From: Crocinitomicaceae bacterium
GTDB lineage: Bacteria; Bacteroidota; Bacteroidia; Flavobacteriales_D; Crocinitomicaceae
Direction: 5' to 3'
DNA: 64,000 bases
Assembly (NCBI GenBank): GCA_025210175.1
Contig: JAOASF010000161.1
Span: forward strand, 6,150 to 70,149
The first letter of the stretch is position 1. Each line of letters opens with the position of its first letter. The notes beneath the pieces are model-generated. The model did not search any database. It was not told the DNA's origin and saw nothing but the letters and a program-made list of their open reading frames with translations. Made by a program: the position numbers and the translations under genes. This document shows positions 18,990 to 28,256 of the stretch, one piece after another.

Positions 18990-19500
18990 TGAGGATATAT
19001 ATATAATAGATAATTTTTAAAATAAAGATTTTTATTCTATTTATTAAGGCTGTGGAAATGTGTAAAAGTGAATAAGCAAAAGCTTGTTTTTGTTTCTTAT
19101 GATTTCAGGTTACAAGTTTATCGACAATGCTGTTAAAATTAGAGTATTGAAAATTAAGCTTATATGAACTTTATGAACAGAATGTTAATCCAGATGCATG
19201 TGAATATTAATTTGGAATTTCAGTGGTTCATCAGTCAGGATAGCCTGTGTATAAGTCTGAGAAAGATTTTATTTTTTTTCCTTGCATATATGGTTTCCAT
19301 TTTGGTTTCGAATTATCCTTGTGAATAGCAAGTGCATGTTATTGTTTTTTATTCTTCCTTAATCCACAGTTCGCATCCTTCTATTGTGAATAAGTTACAT
19401 TTCTTATGTCTTGATTTTAAAGGGGTTTGTAAAATGCATTTTTCACCGATGTGTAAAACTTGCCCTCTATGTTAATATGTCTAACTTTGCAAAAAATTCC
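18990..19500. other. candidate chromosomal replication origin (oriC-like), an AT-rich tract plus a cluster of DnaA boxes
   Basis: Perfect TTWTNCACA matches, read on the minus strand, at 19059-19067, 19246-19254, 19385-19393 and 19450-19458. One-mismatch boxes at 19051-19059, 19067-19075, 19118-19126, 19199-19207, 19320-19328 and 19360-19368. A very AT-rich tract lies at 18995-19050. The 516-bp gap has no plausible ORF, and coding-strand bias switches here. Confidence 0.5.
19482..19489 (+). promoter_or_regulatory. Bacteroidota -7 promoter motif (TAACTTTG) for rpiB
   Basis: Exact TAnnTTTG match 17 bp upstream of the rpiB ATG. Confidence 0.5.
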
Positions 19501-19505
19501 ATTTT

Positions 19506-19946
19506 ATGAGCAAGCAAATGATTCCAATTGGATGCGATCACGCAGGTTTTCAACTGAAACAAGTAATCATCGATCACCTCACTGCAAAAGGGTATGAGTT
19601 GAAAGATTTTGGTTGTTACTCCGAAGAAAGTATCGATTATCCTGATTTTGCTCATCCAGTAGCGTCTATGGTGGAGGAAAACGAGGGTATGCTTGGTATT
19701 TTGTTGTGTGGTTCAGGAAATGGAATCAATATGACGGCTAATAAACACCAAGGTGTACGTTCTGCTCTTTGTTGGAAGAAAGAGATTGCAGAATTGGCTC
19801 GTCAGCACAACGACGCTAACATTCTAACTTTGCCTGCACGTTTCCTGGAACAAGCAGAAGCTTTGGAAATAGTAGATATATTCTTCGCTACTGCCTTTGA
19901 AGGTGGAAGACATGCGAATCGTGTTGCGAAGATTTCTTGCTCTTAA
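19506..19946 (+). CDS. rpiB: ribose-5-phosphate isomerase B
   Basis: 146 aa. IGCDHAGFQLK...LLCGSGNGINMTANKH is the RpiB/LacA/LacB family signature. Confidence 0.9.
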   Translation: MSKQMIPIGCDHAGFQLKQVIIDHLTAKGYELKDFGCYSEESIDYPDFAHPVASMVEENEGMLGILLCGSGNGINMTANKHQGVRSALCWKKEIAELARQHNDANILTLPARFLEQAEALEIVDIFFATAFEGGRHANRVAKISCS

Positions 19947-21169
19947 TTCAATTGAAGGGCCTCTCGTAAAAAGAGTTCCATATCAGCTTTGTATTTCTCG
20001 AAATATTCTCCCGTTCCTGGACCACTAAATCCAGTATGAGTCTTGAGAATTTTCCCGTCTGCATCCAAGAAGATGGAAGTAGGGTAGGAGATGATTCCGT
20101 TTAATTGTGGAAACTGCTGGCTTGTAAAAGCCTTGCTATTGGTACCACCGTATAACATGGTGAAAGGAATGTTGTGCTTATCTCTAAATGTAGTTAAGCG
20201 TTTTTTATTCACTTCTTTGTCGTCTCCGTATTCAAAAGCCACTAAGATGATTTCCAAACCTTTTTCGTGGTAACGTTTGTACAAGTCCAAGTAATATCTG
20301 GTTTCATCCATACAATTCGGACACCACGTTCCCATAATTTGGATAATGGTTACTGGATTCTTCTGCGCGTTTTTTGGATAATTAAAAGTGTTTCCAGAAA
20401 GGTCTTCGAATTCAAAGGTGAAGGCATCCGAATCAACTGCGTAGGTCAGTTCAAAAGGATTGCCTAGTTCGTAGTCTGGATTTTCCTTACCAATCCAATC
20501 GGTGTGATAGGTTTTGGAAGAATAGAAATCTCCCTTGATTACTCCGTCATTGATTTCACCTTTAAATAAAAAGGCATGCGAACCATCAAAGCAAGAAAGA
20601 AAAAGTTGGTTGCCAAATACATTCCCAGCAAGAAATCTATAATCTCCTGTTTCGGTTAAAAAGGTTCCTGAAAGTTCATTCCCATTTTGTTCGAACAAAC
20701 CAATGGCTGGTTCTGGATTTTCATCAGTTGTACTGAATTGAACTTCGTATTTATGGGCTATTGTAATGGGTTTGTCTGCAGATTGAAAGGAATTGAATAG
20801 TTCTTCCTTTGATCGTTTACCGGTTAAGGGAATGGTATAAAATCCCTTTTTGTTTTTGTTCCAGAAATAACCTTGTACAGACTTTTTTTTCCATACCAAG
20901 CGCAATTCAGCAAAGAAATCAGGGAAATCATAAATGCAAGTATCACCAAAAGTTCCCTTTGCAATCAGTTTTATTTCTTCAGTGGCATTCTTGATGATAA
21001 GCTCTTGTTGATTGTTGACTATACATTCCACCGGAGCTATGGCATTGGCCTGAAGTTCAAGCGACAAGATCCAACGACCTTTTTTAGGTGTGATTGAAAA
21101 TGAAGTAAAACTTGTGGATACGAATAGGGCGACAAGAAGAACTGTCAACTTTTTTTGTAAGACTTTCAT
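19943..21169 (-). CDS. TlpA-family thiol:disulfide oxidoreductase (redoxin) with an N-terminal domain of unknown function
   Basis: The C-terminal thioredoxin fold carries the WCPNC active site. I placed the start at the internal MKVLQKKLTVLLVALFV signal peptide rather than the ORF-track start at 21241. Confidence 0.75.
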   Translation of the reverse strand: MKVLQKKLTVLLVALFVSTSFTSFSITPKKGRWILSLELQANAIAPVECIVNNQQELIIKNATEEIKLIAKGTFGDTCIYDFPDFFAELRLVWKKKSVQGYFWNKNKKGFYTIPLTGKRSKEELFNSFQSADKPITIAHKYEVQFSTTDENPEPAIGLFEQNGNELSGTFLTETGDYRFLAGNVFGNQLFLSCFDGSHAFLFKGEINDGVIKGDFYSSKTYHTDWIGKENPDYELGNPFELTYAVDSDAFTFEFEDLSGNTFNYPKNAQKNPVTIIQIMGTWCPNCMDETRYYLDLYKRYHEKGLEIILVAFEYGDDKEVNKKRLTTFRDKHNIPFTMLYGGTNSKAFTSQQFPQLNGIISYPTSIFLDADGKILKTHTGFSGPGTGEYFEKYKADMELFLREALQLN

Positions 21170-21245
21170 GCCCGATAAAATTACATTTTTCAAGTTATTT
21201 TCGTGATTAAAATGCAACCTTACACGAAGGAATCGAGTCAATACA

Positions 21246-21797
21246 ATGCTGCGTGATATGAATTACGATGATTTAATAGAAGAATGTATCCAAGGAAATG
21301 GTCGTGCGCAGCGTGAGTTATTTGATGTATTGGGACCCAAGATGATGACGGTCTGCTTGCGCTATATGATTAAAACGGAAGAAGCTGAAGACGTATTTCA
21401 GATGGCTTTCGTCAAGGTATTTAATAGCTTAAAAGACTTCAATCAACAAGGATCCTTTGAAGGATGGGTGCGTAGAATATTTGTGAATACTTGTTTGGAT
21501 CAATTGAGAAAGAACAAGAAATCGCGGTATGATATTTCGGTTGACGACGTTTCGTACAAACTGGATTACGATGCTTATACCTTTGAAAGTTTGGCTGCTG
21601 AAGACTTGTTAAAGCTGGTAAAAGAAATGCCTGATGGCTACAGAACCGTTTTTAACTTGTTTGCAATTGAAGGCTATTCACACAAAGAAATCGCTGATAA
21701 TTTGGGAATAACGGAAAGTACCAGCAAGTCACAATACAAAAGAGCAAGAGGATATTTAATAAACTGTCTTGAAAAACTAGGCCATGAGGAAAGATGA
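21246..21797 (+). CDS. RNA polymerase ECF-type sigma-70 factor
   Basis: 183 aa. Region 2 (FQMAFVKVF..L..F......FEGWVRRIFVNTCLDQLRK) and region 4 (YRTVFNLFAIEGYSHKEIADNLGITESTSKSQYKRAR). Confidence 0.9.
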   Translation: MLRDMNYDDLIEECIQGNGRAQRELFDVLGPKMMTVCLRYMIKTEEAEDVFQMAFVKVFNSLKDFNQQGSFEGWVRRIFVNTCLDQLRKNKKSRYDISVDDVSYKLDYDAYTFESLAAEDLLKLVKEMPDGYRTVFNLFAIEGYSHKEIADNLGITESTSKSQYKRARGYLINCLEKLGHEER

Positions 21798-22719
21798 GTG
21801 GTTGGATAAAATAGCGAAGGAGGTGAATAACCTTGAGTCGCCTGTGGATAGCAATTTGTGGAGTGGAATACAAGCTCAAATTGTAACACCTGGAGCGGCA
21901 GCGGCGTCTAGTGGAAGTATATGGACGACTAAGTTGGTTGCTTCTATCATAGGAACGGTAACTGTTGGTGCCACGGTAACGGCTTTAATCATAAGTAATA
22001 ATACAGCTACAGATACCAATAATAAGGAGCTAACACAGTCAAAAGAAATGACGGTTGAACCTTCAGATCCTGCAGTAAATGAAGAGGTTGCTGTGGTGAA
22101 TGGTAAAACGGAAAACGACACAAAACCGGTAAAAGTAAACCCCGTAGAAATAAAGAAAGAATCTAAAAATTTGTCTGCTGAGTCTACTGATCAAAGTGAG
22201 TCGAATTTACCAGAAGCAAAACAGGACAAGTCTTTTTCTACTAACCCAGACCTACCGAAAAGTCAAGCGATAGAAGAAAAAAGCAATCCAGTAATCCCTG
22301 CTGGTAAAGGTATGGTTGATCCAAAGGAAGAAATTGAGAAATCGAAAGAAGGGAAGAAAGAGGAACCTAAGGTAGGAAATAAAGCTCCGGAGAAACTCCA
22401 GAAACCAACTGAACAAGTGAAACCGATCGTAGAGGCCGAAGAGGTGAAAATGGATTTGGTGAATGTATTCACACCGAATGATGATGGTGTAAACGATTGG
22501 TTCATCGTTGAAACTTCAGGACTTACAGAGGTGGTCGTAGTGGTGATGGATAGTAAAAACAAGGTTGTTTGGAGAGGTACATCCAATGATGATAAATGGA
22601 ATGGTAGAGATCAAGGTGGTTATTTAGTTCCCCCTGGAAACTACCTGTACTACGTAACCGGAAAAGATTCGCTAGGCGAGTTGGTAAGTAAGTATCAACG
22701 CCTGGATATCCGATATTAA
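21784..22719 (+). CDS. membrane-anchored protein with a Lys/Glu/Pro-rich linker and a T9SS type B (gliding motility-associated) C-terminal domain, in anti-sigma-like genomic position
   Basis: Overlaps the sigma gene by 14 nt. About 48 cytoplasmic residues precede the TM TKLVASIIGTVTVGATVTALII. A low-complexity linker follows. The C-terminus VFTPNDDGVNDWFIV...WNGRDQGGYLVPPGNYLYYV matches the CHU_C/TIGR04131-type domain. Confidence 0.8.
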   Translation: MRKDEWLDKIAKEVNNLESPVDSNLWSGIQAQIVTPGAAAASSGSIWTTKLVASIIGTVTVGATVTALIISNNTATDTNNKELTQSKEMTVEPSDPAVNEEVAVVNGKTENDTKPVKVNPVEIKKESKNLSAESTDQSESNLPEAKQDKSFSTNPDLPKSQAIEEKSNPVIPAGKGMVDPKEEIEKSKEGKKEEPKVGNKAPEKLQKPTEQVKPIVEAEEVKMDLVNVFTPNDDGVNDWFIVETSGLTEVVVVVMDSKNKVVWRGTSNDDKWNGRDQGGYLVPPGNYLYYVTGKDSLGELVSKYQRLDIRY

Positions 22720-22742
22720 AAGTTTGGTTTATCCCAAAAAGA

Positions 22743-22776
22743 AAGCCCTGTGAACTTAATGTTTACAGGGCTTTTT
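22743..22776 (+). terminator. intrinsic terminator
   Basis: Stem AAGCCCTGT/ACAGGGCTT followed by TTTTT, 24 bp after the stop at 22719. Confidence 0.7.
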
Positions 22777-22781
22777 CGTTG

Positions 22782-22852
22782 AGGTCTCGAGCGGATTCGA
22801 ACCGCTGTGGACGGTTTTGCAGACCGCTGCCTAGCCTCTCGGCCACGAGACC
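22782..22852 (-). tRNA. tRNA-Cys (anticodon GCA)
   Basis: The reverse complement GGTCTCGTGGCCGAGAGGCTAGGCAGCGGTCTGCAAAACCGTCCACAGCGGTTCGAATCCGCTCGAGACCT folds as a cloverleaf. It has a 7-bp acceptor stem GGTCTCG/CGAGACC, anticodon loop CTGCAAA, T-loop GGTTCGAATCC and discriminator U, as expected for Cys. Confidence 0.9.
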
Positions 22853-22895
22853 ACTTTGGTGGTGCAAATATATTAATTTCTCTGGTTAATAAGCG

Positions 22896-23261
22896 CTATA
22901 ATTTGTTTTCACCTTCGATAATTATGGCAACATCAGAAACATCACCGTTAATGGGTGGATTGTATTTCGTAATCTTCACTGAAAGATATTGACAACCAGT
23001 TGTTTCGTTGACAATGCGCTGCCAAATGCGTTGTCCGACGTGTTCAATTAGTTTGGATCTTTTTTTAACTTCTTCCACAACTATTTGGTTCAATACCACA
23101 TAATCAATCGTATCGATCAACTCATCTGTTAAAGTTGCCTGAGTGAAGTCTGTCTTGATTTTCAGATCAACGCGGTAACTTTGGCCAACGATTCCTTCTG
23201 AATCGAGACAGCCATGTTGTCCGTAAACACGAATATCGTTAACCTCTATCCAATGTTGCAT
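22896..23261 (-). CDS. folB: dihydroneopterin aldolase
   Basis: 121 aa. I.V.DIRVYGQHGCLDSEGIVGQSYRVDL......D.L.DTIDY is the FolB pattern. Confidence 0.85.
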   Translation of the reverse strand: MQHWIEVNDIRVYGQHGCLDSEGIVGQSYRVDLKIKTDFTQATLTDELIDTIDYVVLNQIVVEEVKKRSKLIEHVGQRIWQRIVNETTGCQYLSVKITKYNPPINGDVSDVAIIIEGENKL

Positions 23262-24766
23262 TAAGCGAATTTTTGTAAACCCGATTTCATTCTGGCAATT
23301 ACTTCTTCCTTTCCTAAAAATGCAGCGATATCAAATATACCAGGACCCATTCCTTTACCTGTAATTAACAAGCGGAATAAAGGCATTACGGCTCCAATTC
23401 CTAGTTCTTTTGCTTGAATGAAGGCTTTAAAACTAGCGTCCACTGATTCAGGTGTGAAGGAAGTGATTTTTTCTAGTTCACCTAACCAATCGGTCATCAG
23501 AGCATTGGAATTGTCCTTCCATTTTTTGGAAAGGGTTTTTTCATCGAAATACGTTGGTGCCTCAAAAAAGTAATCTGCCTCTGCTTTCAATTCGTGCAAG
23601 AAGGTAATTCGTTCTTTTAATAAGCCAGCTACTATCGTTAATCGATCGATAGCAACTCCTGGAAAATCAGATTGTACTTGTTCTGCGATCCATGAATCAG
23701 CTTGCTGACGAAGGTGTTGTTGTTGGAACCATTTTGTTTTATCTGGATCAAATTTTGCTCCTGATTTAGAAACTCTTTCAAGAGAGAAACTCTCAACCAA
23801 TTCATCCAACGAAAAGAGCTCTTGTGTAGTACCCGGATTCCACCCTAAAAAGGCCAACATATTGATAAAGCTCTCTGGTAAGTAGCCATCTTCTTTGTAA
23901 CCTGGGAAAGTTTCTCCTTCAGCCGTTAGCCAGTTTAAAGGGAATACTGGAAAACCTAAACGATCACCGTCGCGCTTTGATAATTTACCGTTTCCGTCAG
24001 GTTTGAGCAATAGTGGAAGGTGAGCAAATTGTGGTGCCTCCCAACCAAATGCCTGATATAATAATACATGCAGAGGTGCTGAGGGTAACCATTCTTCACC
24101 ACGAATTACGTGGCTAATTTTCATGGTGTGATCATCAATAATATTCGCAAGGTGATAGGTTGGCATGCCATCACTTTTGAAAAGAACCTTGTCATCCAAG
24201 TTGTTGGTATTCACCACAACCCATCCGCGAATGATATCCTCAAATCGAACGTCTTGATTACGAGGCATTTTCATACGGATAACATATGGATCACCGTTAT
24301 CCAAACGTTTTTGTACTTCTTCCTTAGGAAGTGTAAGCGAGTTGACCATTGAAGTACGTGTAATGCTGTTGTATTGCCAGTTTGGCATTCCAGAGTTTTT
24401 AGCATTTTCACGCATGGTGTCTAATTCTTCAGCTGTGTCAAAGGCGTAGTAAGCCTTGTCGTTAGCAATGAGTTGTTCTGCATAAGGCATGTACATCTCC
24501 TTGCGCTCGCTTTGGATATAAGGTCCATATTCACCGCCAATTCCTGGCCCTTCAGTTGGCATTATGCCAGCCCACTCCAATGATTTCATGATGTAATCTT
24601 GTGCACCAGGAACAAATCTTGTTTGATCTGTATCTTCTATTCGAATAACAAATGTTCCGTTGTGTTTCTTTGCGAAAAGGTAGTTGTACAAAGCGGTACG
24701 AACACCTCCAATATGTAAAGGTCCAGTTGGTGATGGTGCGAAACGAACGCGTACTGAATTAGACAT
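23261..24766 (-). CDS. gltX: glutamate--tRNA ligase
   Basis: The class I HIGH motif context VRVRFAPSPTGPLHIGGVRTAL and the KMSKS-like motif KLSKR. I preferred the start at MSNSVRV; the ORF-track start is 24784. Confidence 0.9.
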   Translation of the reverse strand: MSNSVRVRFAPSPTGPLHIGGVRTALYNYLFAKKHNGTFVIRIEDTDQTRFVPGAQDYIMKSLEWAGIMPTEGPGIGGEYGPYIQSERKEMYMPYAEQLIANDKAYYAFDTAEELDTMRENAKNSGMPNWQYNSITRTSMVNSLTLPKEEVQKRLDNGDPYVIRMKMPRNQDVRFEDIIRGWVVVNTNNLDDKVLFKSDGMPTYHLANIIDDHTMKISHVIRGEEWLPSAPLHVLLYQAFGWEAPQFAHLPLLLKPDGNGKLSKRDGDRLGFPVFPLNWLTAEGETFPGYKEDGYLPESFINMLAFLGWNPGTTQELFSLDELVESFSLERVSKSGAKFDPDKTKWFQQQHLRQQADSWIAEQVQSDFPGVAIDRLTIVAGLLKERITFLHELKAEADYFFEAPTYFDEKTLSKKWKDNSNALMTDWLGELEKITSFTPESVDASFKAFIQAKELGIGAVMPLFRLLITGKGMGPGIFDIAAFLGKEEVIARMKSGLQKFA

Positions 24767-24881
24767 GTTGAATTTTTTCGGCAAAGATACGTTTTCATAA
24801 GCAGAGAGGAGTTGTTAAAGAAAATCAATCTTTGATAACTCCTTCTGATTTAGTTTACCTTAGTAGGTTACATAAGAAAGT

Positions 24882-27800
24882 ATGAGTGCCTTTGATCGAC
24901 TTTTAGAGCAGCTGGATGCCTTTATCCGGAAGTATTATTTAAACGAAGTGATTCGCGGAGTGGCTTTGTTTATCGGTGTTTTAATCTTGAGTTACCTCTT
25001 GGTAGTTGGACTTGAATATGTAGGTCGATTTAATTCTTATGTGCGAGCTGTGCTCTTTTTTGGTTTCGTCGTTGTGAACGGTTTTGTGTTGCTAAAATAC
25101 TTGGTGCAACCTCTTCTACGCTTGCAAGAGATTGGTAAACGAATGGATAGAATGACAGCGGCACAGTACATTGGTCGTTTTTTTCCTGAAATTTCTGATC
25201 GATTGGTTAATACGCTACAGTTGGATGATCAAAGTCAATCTGTTAATATCGAGTTACTTAGAGCAAGCGTAGCTCAAAGGAGTAAAAGTCTTTCTGTCTT
25301 TTCTTTCACCGATGCTGTTGATTTTCGGTCTAACAAAAAGTATTACAAACAGGCTGGGGTTGTCTTTGGATTGGCGATTGTTCTTGCAGTTTTTATCCCC
25401 TCGTTGTTTACGGAAGGAACAAAGAGAGTAGTTAATTTTTCGCAGGATTTTGTTCCAGAGGCGCCATTTCGTTTGGTTGGTTTGCAAGATGAGTATGTGG
25501 TGATGGAAGGGGAGGATCTTGAATTAGATGTGGAGTTGGTAGGTACTTCATTACCAGTTAAGACGTTTATAACGTTTAACGGTGCTGATTATGTCATGGA
25601 ACGGAAAGGTAAATCGAGCTTTAGTTATGTACTACCTAAGCTATCTAATAATTTGAATATCAATATTATAGCAAATGGTTTTAAGTCAAAGGACTGTGTT
25701 GTAAAAGTTATTCCAAAAACCTTCATTGGTAAATTGGACGCGAGTCTGGTGTACCCAAATTATTTAATGAAAGACAAAGAAGAGGTTTCGAATGCATTTG
25801 AGTTAGTTATTCCAGAAGGAACACGGGTCAATTGGAGTGTTTTTGTGAAGAACAGTGATTCAAATAAGGTTATTTCAAAGAGTTTTACCAAACAGTGGAG
25901 TGAGCAAGGCTTTAGTTTTACGAATGAGTTGAGGGAGGACACAAGATTTAAGTTGTTGATGTTCAATAAAGAACAGAAAAAGGTGGATAGCGCCTTCATC
26001 AAAGTATCTGTTGTAAAGGATGGTTTTCCGGTTATTAATGTGAATGAGAAAGTTGATTCAGTTAGGAATCGTGTTCGCTATTTCCGTGGACGTGTTGAAG
26101 ATGATTATGGATTGCGTTCATTGATGTTTCACTATACCATAAGTGATGAGAAGGGCGTTAATAGAAAGGAATCAAGTGTAATTAAGGTGGTTAGTGGTAC
26201 AGCGGAGGATTTTGATTATGCCATTGATTTCAGCCAAGAGACGTTGTCGGTAGGCAATAGAATTGAGTATTGGTTTACTGTATCTGATAATGATGGTGTG
26301 AATGGATCCAAAACAACTAGGTCGTCTGTCTTTTCGTATCAGGTTCCTTCTTTGTCGGAGTTAGTGGATAAACGTGATTCTGATAATAGTAAATTGAATA
26401 AGGAATTGTCGAATGTTCTGAATAAAACACAGGAGTTCAAAAAGAATGTGGAACGTTTGAAAAAGGACGTGAATGATTCGAAATCGTCGGATTGGAAGAG
26501 CAAGTCAGCAATTGATAAGCTAAAAATGGATCAACAAAGTATTCAACAACAATTGGAAAAGTTGAACAAAGAGATGAAGGAAGCCTTGAATGAGAAGGAG
26601 CAACTCAATGAAATGGATGAGCAATTGCTTGATAAGCAAAAGTTGATTGAGGAATTGCTAGAGAAGTTGATGGATGATGAGTTGAAGGAACTTCTTGAAA
26701 AATTGGAGGAGTTGATGAAAAATAGTGCAAAAGAAGATGTTCAAGAGCAAATGGAGAATCTTTCTCAAACGGCTGAAGAAAAGAACAAGCAATTGGATAG
26801 GGCCATGGAAATGTTAAAGCGATTGCAGGTTAATGAAAAGATTGATGATATTGAAAAATTGCTTGAAGAGTTATCTAAAAAACAAGAAGATTTAGCTAAG
26901 GAGTTTGAGAATGGCAAGTTGGATAAAAACGAATTGAAAGAGAAGCAAAAGAAATTATCAGAGGAGTTTGAAAAGGTGAAGGAGGAAATGAAGGATATGT
27001 ATGAGAAGAATAAAGAGCTTGAGAATCCTTTGAATGTAAGTGAACAGAAAGAGTTAAAGAATAAAATAGATCAGGAACAAGACGGTGCAGAACAGAAAAT
27101 TGGTTCGGGTAATAGAAATAAGGCAGGTGAGGAAGGAAAGTCTGCAGCTGAGGATATGCAAAAGATGGCGGATGAGTTGAATCAAATGCAAGAGGATTCC
27201 AATAAACAACAACAGGGTGAAGACATTGAATCGCTTCGTAGAATTTTGAAAAACCTAATGGAGCTTAGTTTTGATCAAGAAGCGGTAATGAAAGGATTTG
27301 CTTCGGTGAAAGACATGGATCCTTCGTACAAAACCTTGGGTAGAAAGCAACGCTCAATTATTGATGATACCAAACAAGTAAAGGATAGTTTGGAGGCGTT
27401 GGCGAGACGACAACCGAAGATTGCCACCTTTGTTGATAAGGAATTAAATGAAATTAAACAGAACCATACCTTGGGACTTGAACACATTGACGAACACCGT
27501 AAAAGGGAGTTAATGGCTAGTCAACAGTTGGTAATGACGAGCTACAATAATTTGGCTTTGCTTTTGAATGAATCTTTGCAACAAATGCAACAACAGATGC
27601 AACAAATGTCGCAAAGTTCTGGTTCAGGTAGTTGTAACAAACCAGGTTCAAAGGGTAGACCAAAATCAGGTCAGTCAATGGGCACCCAAGATATGAAGCA
27701 GATGTTAAAGCAGCAGTTGGAACAAATGCAGAAGGGCCCCAATCCAGGTGGTCAGAAACCAGGTGATGCTCCAGGTCAGGGTAAGGAGGGTCAAGGAAAT

Positions 27801-28244
27801 GGAATGTTACCGGGTGGTATGTCGAACAAACAAATATCCAAAATGGCGGCGGAACAAGGTTTGATTCGTGAACGATTGGAACAATTAAGAAATGAGTTGA
27901 ACAAGGATGGTCAAGGTAAAGGAAACCAGTTGAACCCATTGATTAAGGAATTGGAACAACAGCAAAAAGACTTAATAAACAAGAACTTTTCACCGCAAAT
28001 GATCAATCGACAGAAGGAGATCTTGACACGTTTGTTGGAAAGTGAGAAAGCCTTAATGGAACGAGGGTTCGAGGAAAAGCGTGAAAGTAAAAGTGGAAAA
28101 GATCAAAATAATGGTAACAAATTAGAGTATTTGGAGTATAAGAAAGAAAAATTGCGCGAGTTGGAATTGATTCGTTCGGTGGATCCTACTTATAGAAAGT
28201 ATTACAAGGACAAGGCCAATGAATATTTTAACACGGGTAACTAA
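24882..28244 (+). CDS. large membrane protein with an N-terminal TM hairpin and an extended coiled-coil / Gln-Gly-Lys-rich region (DUF4175-like, function unknown)
   Basis: 1120 aa. Two or three N-terminal TM helices, a beta-rich middle region, then about 500 aa of heptad-like K/E/L/Q sequence including QQMQQQMQQMSQSSGSGS. Confidence 0.6.
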   Translation: MSAFDRLLEQLDAFIRKYYLNEVIRGVALFIGVLILSYLLVVGLEYVGRFNSYVRAVLFFGFVVVNGFVLLKYLVQPLLRLQEIGKRMDRMTAAQYIGRFFPEISDRLVNTLQLDDQSQSVNIELLRASVAQRSKSLSVFSFTDAVDFRSNKKYYKQAGVVFGLAIVLAVFIPSLFTEGTKRVVNFSQDFVPEAPFRLVGLQDEYVVMEGEDLELDVELVGTSLPVKTFITFNGADYVMERKGKSSFSYVLPKLSNNLNINIIANGFKSKDCVVKVIPKTFIGKLDASLVYPNYLMKDKEEVSNAFELVIPEGTRVNWSVFVKNSDSNKVISKSFTKQWSEQGFSFTNELREDTRFKLLMFNKEQKKVDSAFIKVSVVKDGFPVINVNEKVDSVRNRVRYFRGRVEDDYGLRSLMFHYTISDEKGVNRKESSVIKVVSGTAEDFDYAIDFSQETLSVGNRIEYWFTVSDNDGVNGSKTTRSSVFSYQVPSLSELVDKRDSDNSKLNKELSNVLNKTQEFKKNVERLKKDVNDSKSSDWKSKSAIDKLKMDQQSIQQQLEKLNKEMKEALNEKEQLNEMDEQLLDKQKLIEELLEKLMDDELKELLEKLEELMKNSAKEDVQEQMENLSQTAEEKNKQLDRAMEMLKRLQVNEKIDDIEKLLEELSKKQEDLAKEFENGKLDKNELKEKQKKLSEEFEKVKEEMKDMYEKNKELENPLNVSEQKELKNKIDQEQDGAEQKIGSGNRNKAGEEGKSAAEDMQKMADELNQMQEDSNKQQQGEDIESLRRILKNLMELSFDQEAVMKGFASVKDMDPSYKTLGRKQRSIIDDTKQVKDSLEALARRQPKIATFVDKELNEIKQNHTLGLEHIDEHRKRELMASQQLVMTSYNNLALLLNESLQQMQQQMQQMSQSSGSGSCNKPGSKGRPKSGQSMGTQDMKQMLKQQLEQMQKGPNPGGQKPGDAPGQGKEGQGNGMLPGGMSNKQISKMAAEQGLIRERLEQLRNELNKDGQGKGNQLNPLIKELEQQQKDLINKNFSPQMINRQKEILTRLLESEKALMERGFEEKRESKSGKDQNNGNKLEYLEYKKEKLRELELIRSVDPTYRKYYKDKANEYFNTGN

Positions 28245-28256
28245 CGGGAGTATTGA

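Noticed and set aside
21170-21241. N-terminal extension of the TlpA-like ORF
   Set aside because: The extension precedes an obvious signal peptide (MKVLQKKLTVLLVALFV). It would also leave only 4 bp for the divergent sigma-factor promoter.
27517-27939. 140-aa minus-strand ORF
   Set aside because: It lies antisense to the Gln/Gly-rich low-complexity part of the 1120-aa protein. Codon-repeat regions commonly open antisense frames.
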